Positions 9,011 through 18,221 of a stretch of 47,710 bases of DNA are shown piece after piece. The notes under the pieces are model-generated. The model had not been told where the DNA came from. It worked only from the letters and a program-made list of their open reading frames with translations, and did no database searches. The stretch is taken from NCBI GenBank assembly GCA_003724285.1, contig RHFB01000044.1, positions 1 to 47,710 on the forward strand. The letters run 5' to 3'. Origin of the DNA: Nitrosopumilus sp. H13. GTDB taxonomy: Archaea > Thermoproteota > Nitrososphaeria > Nitrososphaerales > Nitrosopumilaceae. The position numbers and the translations under genes are program-made. Position 1 is the first letter of the stretch, and each line of letters starts with the position of its first letter.

Positions 9011-10876
9011 GTGTCGATAGAAAAATTCAACCAGATATCGCCAAGCGAGTTCTTTTACAGTAACAGGGATCTGGCGGGATTCAGCAATCCCACGCGCTCG
9101 CTGTACACGGCGGTGCGCGAGTTTGTGGAAAACGCGCTAGATGCGTGCGACCAAAAGGGGGTGCTGCCAGACGTGCACCTAAAGATACAGGCAGTGGATC
9201 CAGAAAAGCACGATCCAAAGCACTACATCTTGACGGTGTCAGACAACGGGCCGGGGGTGGACTCCAAGCACGTGCCGCACGCGTTTGGGACGGTCCTGTA
9301 CGGATCAAAGTTCGGCCTCAAGCAGGCGCGCGGCATGTTCGGGCTCGGGGCCACGATGGCAATACTGTACGGGCAGATAACCACAAACAAGCCCGTGACT
9401 GTAAAGAGCTGCACCGACGGGCAGACGCAGGACAAATTTGAGATATTGCTTGACATACAGAGAAACAAGCCCGTGATACTAAAGCACTCTACAAAGCCCG
9501 CCTCAAAAAAGGGGCTCTCTGTGAGCATCTGTCTTGAGGGCGACTATTCAAAGGCGGGCGGCAAGATACGCGACTATGTGTACGAGACATCGCTAATCAC
9601 CCCGTATGCGTCCATCACGTTTGATGACCCAAAGGGGCAAAAGTTCCACCACCCGAGATTCGTCAAGGACATACCAAAGGCGCCCACCATCATAAGGCCG
9701 CACCCCCACGGGATAGACGTCGAGCGCATACGGAGGATGATAGTCGAGTCACAGTTTGAGATCCCTAGCATAGATGATGCCATGATAGAAAAGGTGCGCC
9801 GCGAGCTGGGTCTGGCAAAAAAGAACCTCGGCTTTGAGTCCATGATGGCGCGCGTGGAGAAAAAATGGAAGACGCTTACAAGGCAGGTGAGGGTGGTGAT
9901 ATCAATCGTGTCGTTTCTGGGCATGGATCTTGAGAGGCTCAGCAAGATAAAGATCGAAGACATTGACGTGCCGAACAAAAAGCTCTTCTACTGGGACTTT
10001 GGGGACTCGCAGTCAAAGTCAGTGGACATTGATCCCGAGAGTTCCTACTACAAGCAGCTCACAAACACCGTCCAGGGCGAGCAGCTCACCACGTTTCTTA
10101 CAAAGAGGTTCCAGCGCGTGGGGCCTGCTACTGCGGTAAAGTTTGCAGAGTTTGCGCAGCTGAGGCCAGAAAAGAGGATGGGCACGCTCTCAAACCAGGA
10201 GCTCGTGCATCTGAGTGACTCGCTGCAAAAGTTTGACGCGTTTTTGGCGCCCGACTCTAGCTGCCTCGCGCCGCTTGGCGAGTCCCCGCTTGAAAAGGGG
10301 ATCAAAAAGTTCTTCAACCCGGACTTTGCCGCAGTCGTGCAGCGCCCGGCGTCTGCATACTCGGGGTTTCCGTTCATCGTAGAGATGGGGATCGCGTACG
10401 GGGGAGATATAAAGTCCGGAGGGCCGCACGTCTACAGGTATGCAAACAGGATCCCGCTGCTATATGACGAGGGCAGTGACGTGGTGCTAAAGGTGGTAAA
10501 CGAGACTGACTGGGCAAGATACAAGGTAAAGGGCGAGCCGCCGTTTCTCATCGTGTCGCACATATGCTCGACTAGGATCCCCTACAAGACTGCCGGCAAG
10601 GAGAACGTGGCAGACAGGCCGGAGATAGAGCGCGAGCTGCGCCTTGCGCTCCAGTTTCTGTCGCGCAAGCTTGCAGCATACATGTCAAAGAGGGGCCAGG
10701 CGGAGATGGCAAAAAAGAGGGCAAACCTGTATGCAAAGTACATCCCGCTGATCGCCGAGTTCTGCACAGAGCTTGCAGGCAAGAAGAAAAAGCCAGACTA
10801 TTCGCAGATACTCGAGCAGAGCGCGCCAGAGATAGAGGCGCCAAATGCAAAGGAGGCAGAGATTGAAACAAAGTGA
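9011..10876 (+). CDS. top6B: DNA topoisomerase VI subunit B
   Basis: GHKL motifs EFVENALDA, DNGPG and RGMFGLG; RYANRIPLLY; YKTAGKE. Confidence 0.97.
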   Translation: MSIEKFNQISPSEFFYSNRDLAGFSNPTRSLYTAVREFVENALDACDQKGVLPDVHLKIQAVDPEKHDPKHYILTVSDNGPGVDSKHVPHAFGTVLYGSKFGLKQARGMFGLGATMAILYGQITTNKPVTVKSCTDGQTQDKFEILLDIQRNKPVILKHSTKPASKKGLSVSICLEGDYSKAGGKIRDYVYETSLITPYASITFDDPKGQKFHHPRFVKDIPKAPTIIRPHPHGIDVERIRRMIVESQFEIPSIDDAMIEKVRRELGLAKKNLGFESMMARVEKKWKTLTRQVRVVISIVSFLGMDLERLSKIKIEDIDVPNKKLFYWDFGDSQSKSVDIDPESSYYKQLTNTVQGEQLTTFLTKRFQRVGPATAVKFAEFAQLRPEKRMGTLSNQELVHLSDSLQKFDAFLAPDSSCLAPLGESPLEKGIKKFFNPDFAAVVQRPASAYSGFPFIVEMGIAYGGDIKSGGPHVYRYANRIPLLYDEGSDVVLKVVNETDWARYKVKGEPPFLIVSHICSTRIPYKTAGKENVADRPEIERELRLALQFLSRKLAAYMSKRGQAEMAKKRANLYAKYIPLIAEFCTELAGKKKKPDYSQILEQSAPEIEAPNAKEAEIETK

Positions 10877-11957
10877 GAAGAAAAAGTACCAGGACAAGCA
10901 GGTGGACGTGCTGGAAGTACTACGGGAGCATGGGGCAAAGATATACCGGGATCTAGAGGACGGCCAGTTCCCCAAGTTTTCGATACCGAGCAGGTCAGTC
11001 AGCAACATTGTATATGACAAAAGGCTCAGGCAGTACATCCTGGGAAGCGCGGCCACGCAGCGCAACTCGAGGAACTCGTCGCAGCTGCGCTCGTTTACGC
11101 AGCTGATATGGCTTGCATTCTTTGCAAACAGACTCACGCAGGAGAAAAAGTCCTCTACGCTGAGGGACGTGTACTATTCGTCCCAGGCATTTGCAGTGGA
11201 GTTTGACGACCAGTCAGAGTCAGACAACATAATCGTGGATCTAGAGGCGGTCACCTCAAAGCCGCGCGAGGACTTTCACATATTTCCAGAGGAGCGCAGC
11301 TCGATATTTGGAGACCTTGACATCGAATACACGATACCCGGATACGAGGGCAAAAAGATGAACCTCTCAAACCATCCGGACGGCTACTCCATAGGCCCGA
11401 GCCTCACCACTGCGGAGCTCGTAGACACGAGCGCAGAGATAGTGATTGCGATAGAAAAGGGCGGCCTCTTTACGAGGTTTGTAGAGGAGCAGGTGGACAA
11501 AAAGTTCAAGTCGATAATAATCAATACGGGCGGGCAGGCGCCCCGCTCCACGAGGACGCTGCTAAAGCGACTGCACGACGAACTGAGCCTGCCAATAATA
11601 GTGCTGACTGACGGGGACGTGTACGGCGAGCACATTGCAATGGTGATAAAGTCAGGCTCTGCAAACGCGGCGCACCTGCGCGAGCTCACCGTACCTGATG
11701 CAAAGTGGGTCGGAGTGTGGGCAACGGACATTGAAAAGTACAACCTGCCCACCATCCCGATGACAGAGTCGGACATAAAGAGGTGCCATGACCTCAAAAA
11801 GGATCCCAGATACGAGTCGGGCATATGGAAAAAGGAGCTCGAAGTGTTTTTGCGGATAAAGAGAAAGGCCGAGCTAGAGGCGTTCTCAAAGTACGGGCTT
11901 ACAAACATCACGGACAAGTACCTGCCTCCAAAGCTCGAGCTTGCAAAGAGCCTCTAG
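10863..11957 (+). CDS. top6A: DNA topoisomerase VI subunit A
   Basis: Catalytic TLRDVYY, TOPRIM IEKGG and LTDGDVYG, KAELEA. Probable start TTG 10863. Confidence 0.97.
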   Translation: MKQSEKKKYQDKQVDVLEVLREHGAKIYRDLEDGQFPKFSIPSRSVSNIVYDKRLRQYILGSAATQRNSRNSSQLRSFTQLIWLAFFANRLTQEKKSSTLRDVYYSSQAFAVEFDDQSESDNIIVDLEAVTSKPREDFHIFPEERSSIFGDLDIEYTIPGYEGKKMNLSNHPDGYSIGPSLTTAELVDTSAEIVIAIEKGGLFTRFVEEQVDKKFKSIIINTGGQAPRSTRTLLKRLHDELSLPIIVLTDGDVYGEHIAMVIKSGSANAAHLRELTVPDAKWVGVWATDIEKYNLPTIPMTESDIKRCHDLKKDPRYESGIWKKELEVFLRIKRKAELEAFSKYGLTNITDKYLPPKLELAKSL

Positions 11958-12416
11958 CTATTTTATCCGGAGAGTTAGGACGCCGTTTCTGTACTTGAAG
12001 TCAAATATCTGCATGCCTGATGCGTTCTCTATCATGACCTCCTTTGAGAATCCAGACGAGCCGCGTATGTACAGCGCCTCTTCTACGAGCCTGACTGTTA
12101 TCTTGTCCTCCGGTCCTGGAACCTCTGCGACGAACACAAACTCGCCGTCGCCCTTTATGAGGTCGTATACCCAGTTCTTTGTCTCCTGCTCCCTTGCCTT
12201 TGTGTACATGGGCTTTTTGTCCTTTGCAATCTTTTTCAGGACAATGGTCCAGTAGATCATCGTAACTGATGCCGCGCCAATGAGTATTATTCCTGCAAAT
12301 CCGGCATCCGTCCTGCTTACCATCACGTAGATGCCTGCGACAAATATGATCAGGATTATGGGTATTGCAAAGCTTGTAGACTGATCGCTGGAATACGAGC
12401 CCTTGTAGCTTGACAC
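11958..12416 (-). CDS. Membrane-anchored Hsp20/alpha-crystallin-like protein
   Basis: Two N-terminal TM helices, then FVAEVPG...YRNGVLTLRI. GTG 12416 lies about 25 nt from TTTATAT. Confidence 0.8.
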   Translation of the reverse strand: MSSYKGSYSSDQSTSFAIPIILIIFVAGIYVMVSRTDAGFAGIILIGAASVTMIYWTIVLKKIAKDKKPMYTKAREQETKNWVYDLIKGDGEFVFVAEVPGPEDKITVRLVEEALYIRGSSGFSKEVMIENASGMQIFDFKYRNGVLTLRIK

Positions 12417-12571
12417 GATACAGAGTCCGCCTCTGCCAAATATAAAGGATCTTTGGAACCGGCAGACGATTGTATCTAAAGATTCCAAACCTATTCTCAA
12501 AAAACATGTCCACTATGTATGTGGCATTATGTTTCATTGCCACTAGTTGAATCTTTTTCAAAATTCAGCTG

Positions 12572-12712
12572 TCATATGATCGCAAATATCGCTGCTATTG
12601 GCATGATTCCTGAAGCTATCATCAATTCCCTCGCCTTTTTGTCAATGTTGCTAACTGTATCCACGCGTTTTTGCAATTGTAGCCGCATTTCCTCGTAGAA
12701 TTCTTTATACAT
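12572..12712 (-). CDS. Short or truncated membrane-protein-like ORF (46 aa), possible pseudogene
   Basis: MYKEFYEEMRLQLQKRVDTVSNIDKKARELMIASGIMPIAAIFAII*. A TTTATAA box lies about 25 nt upstream on the - strand. Confidence 0.45.
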   Translation of the reverse strand: MYKEFYEEMRLQLQKRVDTVSNIDKKARELMIASGIMPIAAIFAII

Positions 12713-12763
12713 GATGATAATTTTGACTGAAAGTGTTATAAAGAATTTGGCTATTAAATAATC

Positions 12764-12868
12764 ATGGAAAACACAGAAGATAATTATGACAAACCAATTG
12801 ATGCAAGTGGTCGCCTGAAAAACGCCATACTTACTAGGTATGACGATGACGACTCAGAAGATGACTGA
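12764..12868 (+). CDS. Acidic-tailed micropeptide, copy 1 (34 aa)
   Basis: MENTEDNYDKPIDASGRLKNAILTRYDDDDSEDD*. TTATAAA at about 12736-12742; paralogous to 12955-13050. Confidence 0.65.
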   Translation: MENTEDNYDKPIDASGRLKNAILTRYDDDDSEDD

Positions 12869-12954
12869 TTTCACAACCTATGCAGTTTTTTGAACACATC
12901 TTGCAGACAGATTATTGTTAAAATTATTAAAAGGGTTTGCTTGTCATATAACAC

Positions 12955-13050
12955 ATGGAAAAAACCAAAAGATATCGAAAGCCAATTAATGTCAGCGGAG
13001 ATCTAAAAAAGGCTCTGTTTACTTGGAATAGTGACGATGACGACGACTGA
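12955..13050 (+). CDS. Acidic-tailed micropeptide, copy 2 (31 aa)
   Basis: MEKTKRYRKPINVSGDLKKALFTWNSDDDDD*. TATTAAAA at about 12925-12932; shares GACTGATTTCACAA at the stop with copy 1. Confidence 0.65.
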   Translation: MEKTKRYRKPINVSGDLKKALFTWNSDDDDD

Positions 13051-13177
13051 TTTCACAAGGTCTGCCATCCTAGTGAATCATATCAGAATATGGTATCCAT
13101 CAAGATGCAGTATTGCACACATTCCACTCTACCTGCAACCCGTTCTTGATTTTTATTAAACGCCGTCCAAAACACGC

Positions 13178-13561
13178 ATGATGAACGACCTTGACCGCAT
13201 TGAAAAAGATCTAATATCTGAGATAGGGCTGGAGCCGATGCAGGCCAAGATATACATCCTGATTAACACCCGTGGGATGATGTCTGTATTGGAGGTTGCA
13301 GAGAACGCGGGGATTGCGGCCACAGATGCAGAAAAAGTCGCAACTGGTCTAGTCGGGATGGGCGCCCTGATAGAGATTTCCGGAAAATTCGAGGCGATGC
13401 ACCCGCGCTTTACTGCAGTCAACATGTACCGGAGAATGTGCGAGCAAAAAGGCATCGAGTTCAAGCAGAACAAGACGGTAGATAATATCGGGGTCGTGCT
13501 AGAGCAGCCCTACGACGACGCAAGGACGGGCGGTTCCAACCGGACTGATCCCAATACATGA
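13178..13561 (+). CDS. TrmB-like winged-helix transcriptional regulator
   Basis: IGLEPMQAKIYILI...MSVLEVAENAGI...LVGMG resembles the TrmB N-terminal HTH. Confidence 0.7.
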   Translation: MMNDLDRIEKDLISEIGLEPMQAKIYILINTRGMMSVLEVAENAGIAATDAEKVATGLVGMGALIEISGKFEAMHPRFTAVNMYRRMCEQKGIEFKQNKTVDNIGVVLEQPYDDARTGGSNRTDPNT

Positions 13562-13623
13562 CACGCCGGCACGAATATGCGGCTGGATTGAATGATTAAA
13601 TAGTTGCCCGCAAGAGTAGTGAT

Positions 13624-14022
13624 ATGAGCGTAGATACGGAGACATGCAGCCACCAGCCCGTGTACTATGGGGTGGTAAACATCAACATTGACGAGCGGAC
13701 AATCGGCTCTGTGGATGTGTGGAGGTGCGGCGTCTGTAAAAAGCGGTTCTGCGAGGAAAAGCAGCTTGGGATAGAAGAGATTGCAGACCTGGTGGGAATG
13801 CCAAAGATCGCTCCCGATGCAAAGTGGGCAGTTACCGTATGCAAGCTCCAGCAGGACAAACACAAGTGGAAGCTCGTAAAGCTAAAAGAGTCCGGCCAGA
13901 TAAAGCACGAATGCCTGGACGAGCGGATAATCCCGCTTGATATAAGGGACCACAAGGTCCAAGACGACCAGCACTGGAGCTTTTTGATAGATGAGAACGT
14001 CAACAAGGCAGTGGAGATCTAG
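13624..14022 (+). CDS. Conserved hypothetical Cys/His-containing protein
   Basis: CSH, CGVC and HEC motifs. TTAAATA lies about 25 nt upstream. Confidence 0.75.
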   Translation: MSVDTETCSHQPVYYGVVNINIDERTIGSVDVWRCGVCKKRFCEEKQLGIEEIADLVGMPKIAPDAKWAVTVCKLQQDKHKWKLVKLKESGQIKHECLDERIIPLDIRDHKVQDDQHWSFLIDENVNKAVEI

Positions 14023-14304
14023 TTGGACCTCAAGGTACGCATCAACAACGTGCACGGAAGCCAGATGGCCGCCAAGATTACCGGGACGTTTGTGATTGAT
14101 GAGAATACGTTCCGCTTTAGCGCCATCGCGTTTGGCAGGATAGGGGGGCAGAACGTGGGGGCCAAGCTCTCAAAGGTGACCCAGACGGAGCTCAAAAAGC
14201 TCGGGTATGACGAAGAAGAGGTGGTGATGCTGCTGCAAAAAAACCTGCTTGAAGGCAACCTGGACCTGCCTGCAGGACTGAAAAAAGAGACGTTTGCCGA
14301 CTAG
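14023..14304 (+). CDS. Conserved hypothetical protein
   Basis: Abuts the previous gene (TAG|TTG); [12 protein letters not shown]. Confidence 0.75.
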   Translation: MDLKVRINNVHGSQMAAKITGTFVIDENTFRFSAIAFGRIGGQNVGAKLSKVTQTELKKLGYDEEEVVMLLQKNLLEGNLDLPAGLKKETFAD

Positions 14305-15086
14305 TACTCTGCGTCCTCTAGTGCCTTTGAGCACGCGCAGCCGCGCTCGTCTGGCATGCCGTCAATAATGTCGGCGAGAATCTTTTTTGTTCCAGACACA
14401 TTCCTTGCAAGCGTGTCTAGCACCTCCTTTGCGGTGACCGGCTTGTCTGCCCACACGTCATAGTCTGTGATGGTGGATATCGAGGCGTAGCATATCTGGG
14501 CCTCGCGCGCAAGCTGGCACTCTGGCACGAGCGTCATTCCTATGATGTCTGCCCCCGTGCTCTTGAAGAACTTGGACTCTGCGCGCGTGGAGAACCTTGG
14601 CCCCTCTATGCACACGTATGTGCAGTCGGCATGGATTTTTAGATCGTGCCTCTTTGCGGAATCAGATATCTGCGACTGGATCTCAGGGCAGAACGGGTCT
14701 GCCACAGATATGTGTATGACCCTGTTTTTTTCAGAAAACGAGCCGGCCCTTGACTTTGTAAAGTCTATGAACTGCGACGGCAGGGCAAAGTGGCCTGGCG
14801 CCATCTCTTCTCTGAGGCTTCCGACTGCAGACGGGGCTATGATCCTAGTTATTCCCAGCTCCTTGAACGCCCAGATGTTTGCCCTGTAATTTATCATGTG
14901 CGGGGGAATGCTGTGCTTTTTGCCGTGCCTTGGGAGAAACGCGACCTTTTTTCCGTGAAACGTGCCGACAGTTATGGTGTCAGACGGCTTGCCGTACGGC
15001 GTGTCTGCATCTACCTCCTTTGCGTCCTCGAGCATGTCCGTATCGTATATGCCCGTGCCTCCGAATATGCCGATCTCTGCGTCCAC
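14301..15086 (-). CDS. mtnP: S-methyl-5'-thioadenosine phosphorylase
   Basis: [36 protein letters not shown] and TDYD motifs. GTG 15086 overlaps the apt stop. Confidence 0.95.
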   Translation of the reverse strand: MDAEIGIFGGTGIYDTDMLEDAKEVDADTPYGKPSDTITVGTFHGKKVAFLPRHGKKHSIPPHMINYRANIWAFKELGITRIIAPSAVGSLREEMAPGHFALPSQFIDFTKSRAGSFSEKNRVIHISVADPFCPEIQSQISDSAKRHDLKIHADCTYVCIEGPRFSTRAESKFFKSTGADIIGMTLVPECQLAREAQICYASISTITDYDVWADKPVTAKEVLDTLARNVSGTKKILADIIDGMPDERGCACSKALEDAEY

Positions 15087-15598
15087 TAGTACCTCACCAG
15101 CGACTTGCACCTGTACTTTGAGATGCCCTTCATACCGCCCAGCTCTGTGAGCTCTATGAGAAATGCAAACCCGGCTATGGTGCCTCCGACCTTTTCTACC
15201 ATCTTGGCTGCCGCCTTTGCAGTGCCGCCCGTGGCAAGCAGGTCGTCACAGATGAGCACCTTTTGGCCCTTTTGAACAGAGTCCTTTTGCATCTCAATTG
15301 TGTCCTTGCCGTACTCTATGCTGTATGACGTCTTTACCGTCTTTCCTGGCAGCTTGCCTGCCTTTCTTATCATTACCATGCCCTTGTTGTACCTGACTGC
15401 AAGGAGAGCCGCTATGATAAACCCCCTTGACTCTATTCCTGCAAACAGATCCACGTCTTTTGGGTGAAAGTGCCTGTAAAACTCGTCGGCCATGATGGTG
15501 AGCATGGCAGGATCCTGCAATGCCGGCCCAAAGTCCCGGAACAGCACGCCTTTTTTTGGAAAGTCCTGATACTCGGCGATCTTTTCCCTGATGTTCAT
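15086..15598 (-). CDS. apt: Adenine phosphoribosyltransferase
   Basis: [23 protein letters not shown] and DDLLATGGT. Start ATG 15598. Confidence 0.96.
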   Translation of the reverse strand: MNIREKIAEYQDFPKKGVLFRDFGPALQDPAMLTIMADEFYRHFHPKDVDLFAGIESRGFIIAALLAVRYNKGMVMIRKAGKLPGKTVKTSYSIEYGKDTIEMQKDSVQKGQKVLICDDLLATGGTAKAAAKMVEKVGGTIAGFAFLIELTELGGMKGISKYRCKSLVRY

Positions 15599-15630
15599 GT
15601 CAGTGCCGGCTTTTTCGCAAGATAAAATTG

Positions 15631-15951
15631 TTAAGATTGGCCCTCGTACCACGCCGGCCTTTTGACGTCCTTCCAGCGCCTCTCGACTTCTGCCCTGACC
15701 CAGTCCTGCTCTGCCGGTTCAAGCGAGTTGTACCATTTTTCGGCCTTTTTTAGGAACGCGTCTGCCTCTCTTCTTCCCTCGTCGATGAACTTCTGCCCCG
15801 GCCGCAGATCCACCCCGCCCATTGCGCCGTCGCTGATGTCTTGCATTATCCCCTCCTTTACACTCTCTTGCATGTCTGCCGCGTCGCGAAAGCGCAGTAT
15901 CTCCACAAACGCGTCTACTAGCAGGCCCAGGTTCTCAGACATGTCACTCAT
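15631..15951 (-). CDS. Hypothetical protein
   Basis: 106-aa ORF overlapping the stop of the upstream surface-protein gene; no recognised motif. Confidence 0.55.
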   Translation of the reverse strand: MSDMSENLGLLVDAFVEILRFRDAADMQESVKEGIMQDISDGAMGGVDLRPGQKFIDEGRREADAFLKKAEKWYNSLEPAEQDWVRAEVERRWKDVKRPAWYEGQS

Positions 15952-18142
15952 CGGCTATCTCGTAGGTGGCCTCTGCAAAATTGTTCCTGTCGTATGTGGC
16001 CCTGAATGTATATGTGCCCGGCCCTATGTCTGTCGGGACAAGCCACGGCTGTTTTACCTCGCCGCTGTCGCTGGCAGGAAACTGTAGCGTGTCTATGGTG
16101 TCTCCGTTCTGGGATATTATGGTAATGACTACTGTCTGCTTGGCATCCGTCACATGAATGTCAATCTTCTCCTGCTGCCCGGCTGTGTACTTGCCCCTCT
16201 CCACTGTTATCTGGATCCCTGTATTTCCGGTATCTATCACGTCAAACTCGGCAGTTGAGGATCTTGCTCCGCTGTCTGCCCTGATAGCCCATGTCCCCGG
16301 CTTTGCATCAATTGGAACCCTAAACGTCTGATCGCTTATCTGGCACTTGTTGTTTACAAACGAGTTCTTTTGCCTAGTGTCATCCCCGTCGGGGTTCACA
16401 AGGGTTATGGTTATCAGATAGATCGGCGTCTCGTCAGGGCACACGGGAGGTCTTGGCTTTGCATTCGAGCCGGTAGCTATTCTCTTTGACTCCATCGTGT
16501 TTCCGGTAATCAGTATCGACTCGCCTGGAAGATACCTCTCCTTTGTGGCATGTATGATCAGGGCACTCGGGTTTTTTTTCAGATTTATCGCAAATTTTTC
16601 CTCGCTCTGGTTGTTCCCCTTTTTGACTATGGCCGAATATACCGTACTCTTGAATCCCTCTAGATCAAACGTGTACGTGCCCCTGCCGTCAGGCCCGAGA
16701 ACTATGGTCTCTTCTATCGCCTTGTTGTTGTTATAGTCCTCGATTATTAGCAGCTCTAGCGTGTCAGAGCTGCCGCCTGAAAGCATGATTGTGGCCGTGG
16801 CGCCAGAGTCATAGTGGAACCTGTCTAGCTCTAGATTGACGGGAGTGGTCGGTAACTGCCCTAGTCCAGCATAGATGAACTCCCTGTCCGAACCAAGCGT
16901 TGCAATCAGCGTGTATGTGCCAATGGTCATGGATCTGGTGGTGGGAAACTCAAATGATATGGCCCCCGTGCCGTCCGTACCTATCACGTCGGAGCTGATC
17001 TCCTTTCCCCCCGGATCCTCCATTGTTATGACTATCTGGGCATCTGGCGGGGCGGTTCCCTTGAACACCATGTTCTCTCCGAGATTGAACTTGAGTCGGA
17101 CAGGCTTTATGTCTATTACCTGGTTTGATTCCACCGTCCACTGCTTTGTTATGGTCTGCCTGCCGTCTGTAATGGTGGCCGTATACCGGCCAAACTGGGC
17201 ATCGGCGGGTATGGTGATCGGCTCACCGGCGCCCCATGAGCCCCTGGAATCAATCTCTGCAATCATCGAGTTGATGATGCCTCCGTCAGGCGCCCTTACC
17301 TCCGCGGTAACAGCACCGTTGGGCTTGCCAGTCCCGGAGATATCAACCTGATCCCCGCGGTATACGATGTCTGGCGCGTTGTTTAGCGTGAGCACTATGA
17401 TGGATGACGGCGGGGTCCTGACTCTGGCCTCGCCTATCCGCAGGCTGAACTCTTTTTTGTCATCTGCGCTGCTCAGCTTAAAGTCGACCCTTCCCGCCTT
17501 TTGGTCTGGGATTCTAGCCGTGCCGACAAAGCTGCCGCTCTCGTCTGTCATAAACGTGCCAATCTTTTCAGCGCCGATGTAAAAGTCAAATGGCTGAGAG
17601 GCTCCAAGTGACTGGCCCACCACCCTTACAGTGGATCCGACGTTTGGCTTTTCCGGGATTATCCTGAATACTGACTCGGCAGTCATTGAGGGGCCCTGCA
17701 CCGCCTGCACTTTTGTGTCCTGGACGCTTGGCTGATCGGACTTTTGCTCTGATGACTTGCCTGGCTGCATGGTGCCTTCCCCAATCTCTTCTTCTCCGTC
17801 TAGCGCCTTCCAGAATATGGCAGAAGCCGGATCGTCTGTGACTAGCGCCAACTTTGCAGACTTGCCAGGCGGCAGGGGCTCTGAGGCGCCAAACACTATG
17901 AGACTCTCCGGCGATATCACGCATGTCCAGCCGTTCTCTGCATTGCACGATTCGAATATGTTGTCTCCAAGCCACACCTTTAGATGGGTTATTTTGTCGT
18001 CTGACTCGTTTACAAGCTCCACAATGACTGTCTTGCCGTACCCTGTTCCCTCCACCATTACGTCTGCATGGGCAGAGGGGACGGCAAGCGCCACTGCTAG
18101 CAGTGCCATCAGGAAAAAGACTCCTCCAAGCGAGGGCATCAT
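15944..18142 (-). CDS. Secreted multi-Ig-like-domain surface protein (thaumarchaeal biofilm-associated-protein type)
   Basis: Signal peptide (...VPSAHA|D), repeated beta-sandwich motifs (xPDG, GxYT, GTW) and FRIIPEKPNVGS. Confidence 0.8.
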   Translation of the reverse strand: MMPSLGGVFFLMALLAVALAVPSAHADVMVEGTGYGKTVIVELVNESDDKITHLKVWLGDNIFESCNAENGWTCVISPESLIVFGASEPLPPGKSAKLALVTDDPASAIFWKALDGEEEIGEGTMQPGKSSEQKSDQPSVQDTKVQAVQGPSMTAESVFRIIPEKPNVGSTVRVVGQSLGASQPFDFYIGAEKIGTFMTDESGSFVGTARIPDQKAGRVDFKLSSADDKKEFSLRIGEARVRTPPSSIIVLTLNNAPDIVYRGDQVDISGTGKPNGAVTAEVRAPDGGIINSMIAEIDSRGSWGAGEPITIPADAQFGRYTATITDGRQTITKQWTVESNQVIDIKPVRLKFNLGENMVFKGTAPPDAQIVITMEDPGGKEISSDVIGTDGTGAISFEFPTTRSMTIGTYTLIATLGSDREFIYAGLGQLPTTPVNLELDRFHYDSGATATIMLSGGSSDTLELLIIEDYNNNKAIEETIVLGPDGRGTYTFDLEGFKSTVYSAIVKKGNNQSEEKFAINLKKNPSALIIHATKERYLPGESILITGNTMESKRIATGSNAKPRPPVCPDETPIYLITITLVNPDGDDTRQKNSFVNNKCQISDQTFRVPIDAKPGTWAIRADSGARSSTAEFDVIDTGNTGIQITVERGKYTAGQQEKIDIHVTDAKQTVVITIISQNGDTIDTLQFPASDSGEVKQPWLVPTDIGPGTYTFRATYDRNNFAEATYEIADE

Positions 18143-18221
18143 ACCATCACGACTCCCATCTCTCACTTAAACCTAAAGCCGCAGTTATTTGATGATTGGG
18201 TATCTGTCATGAGTAAGCTTC

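Noticed and set aside
9745-10070. Intein in top6B
   Set aside because: No N-terminal Cys/Ser block, no His-Asn end and no LAGLIDADG motifs.
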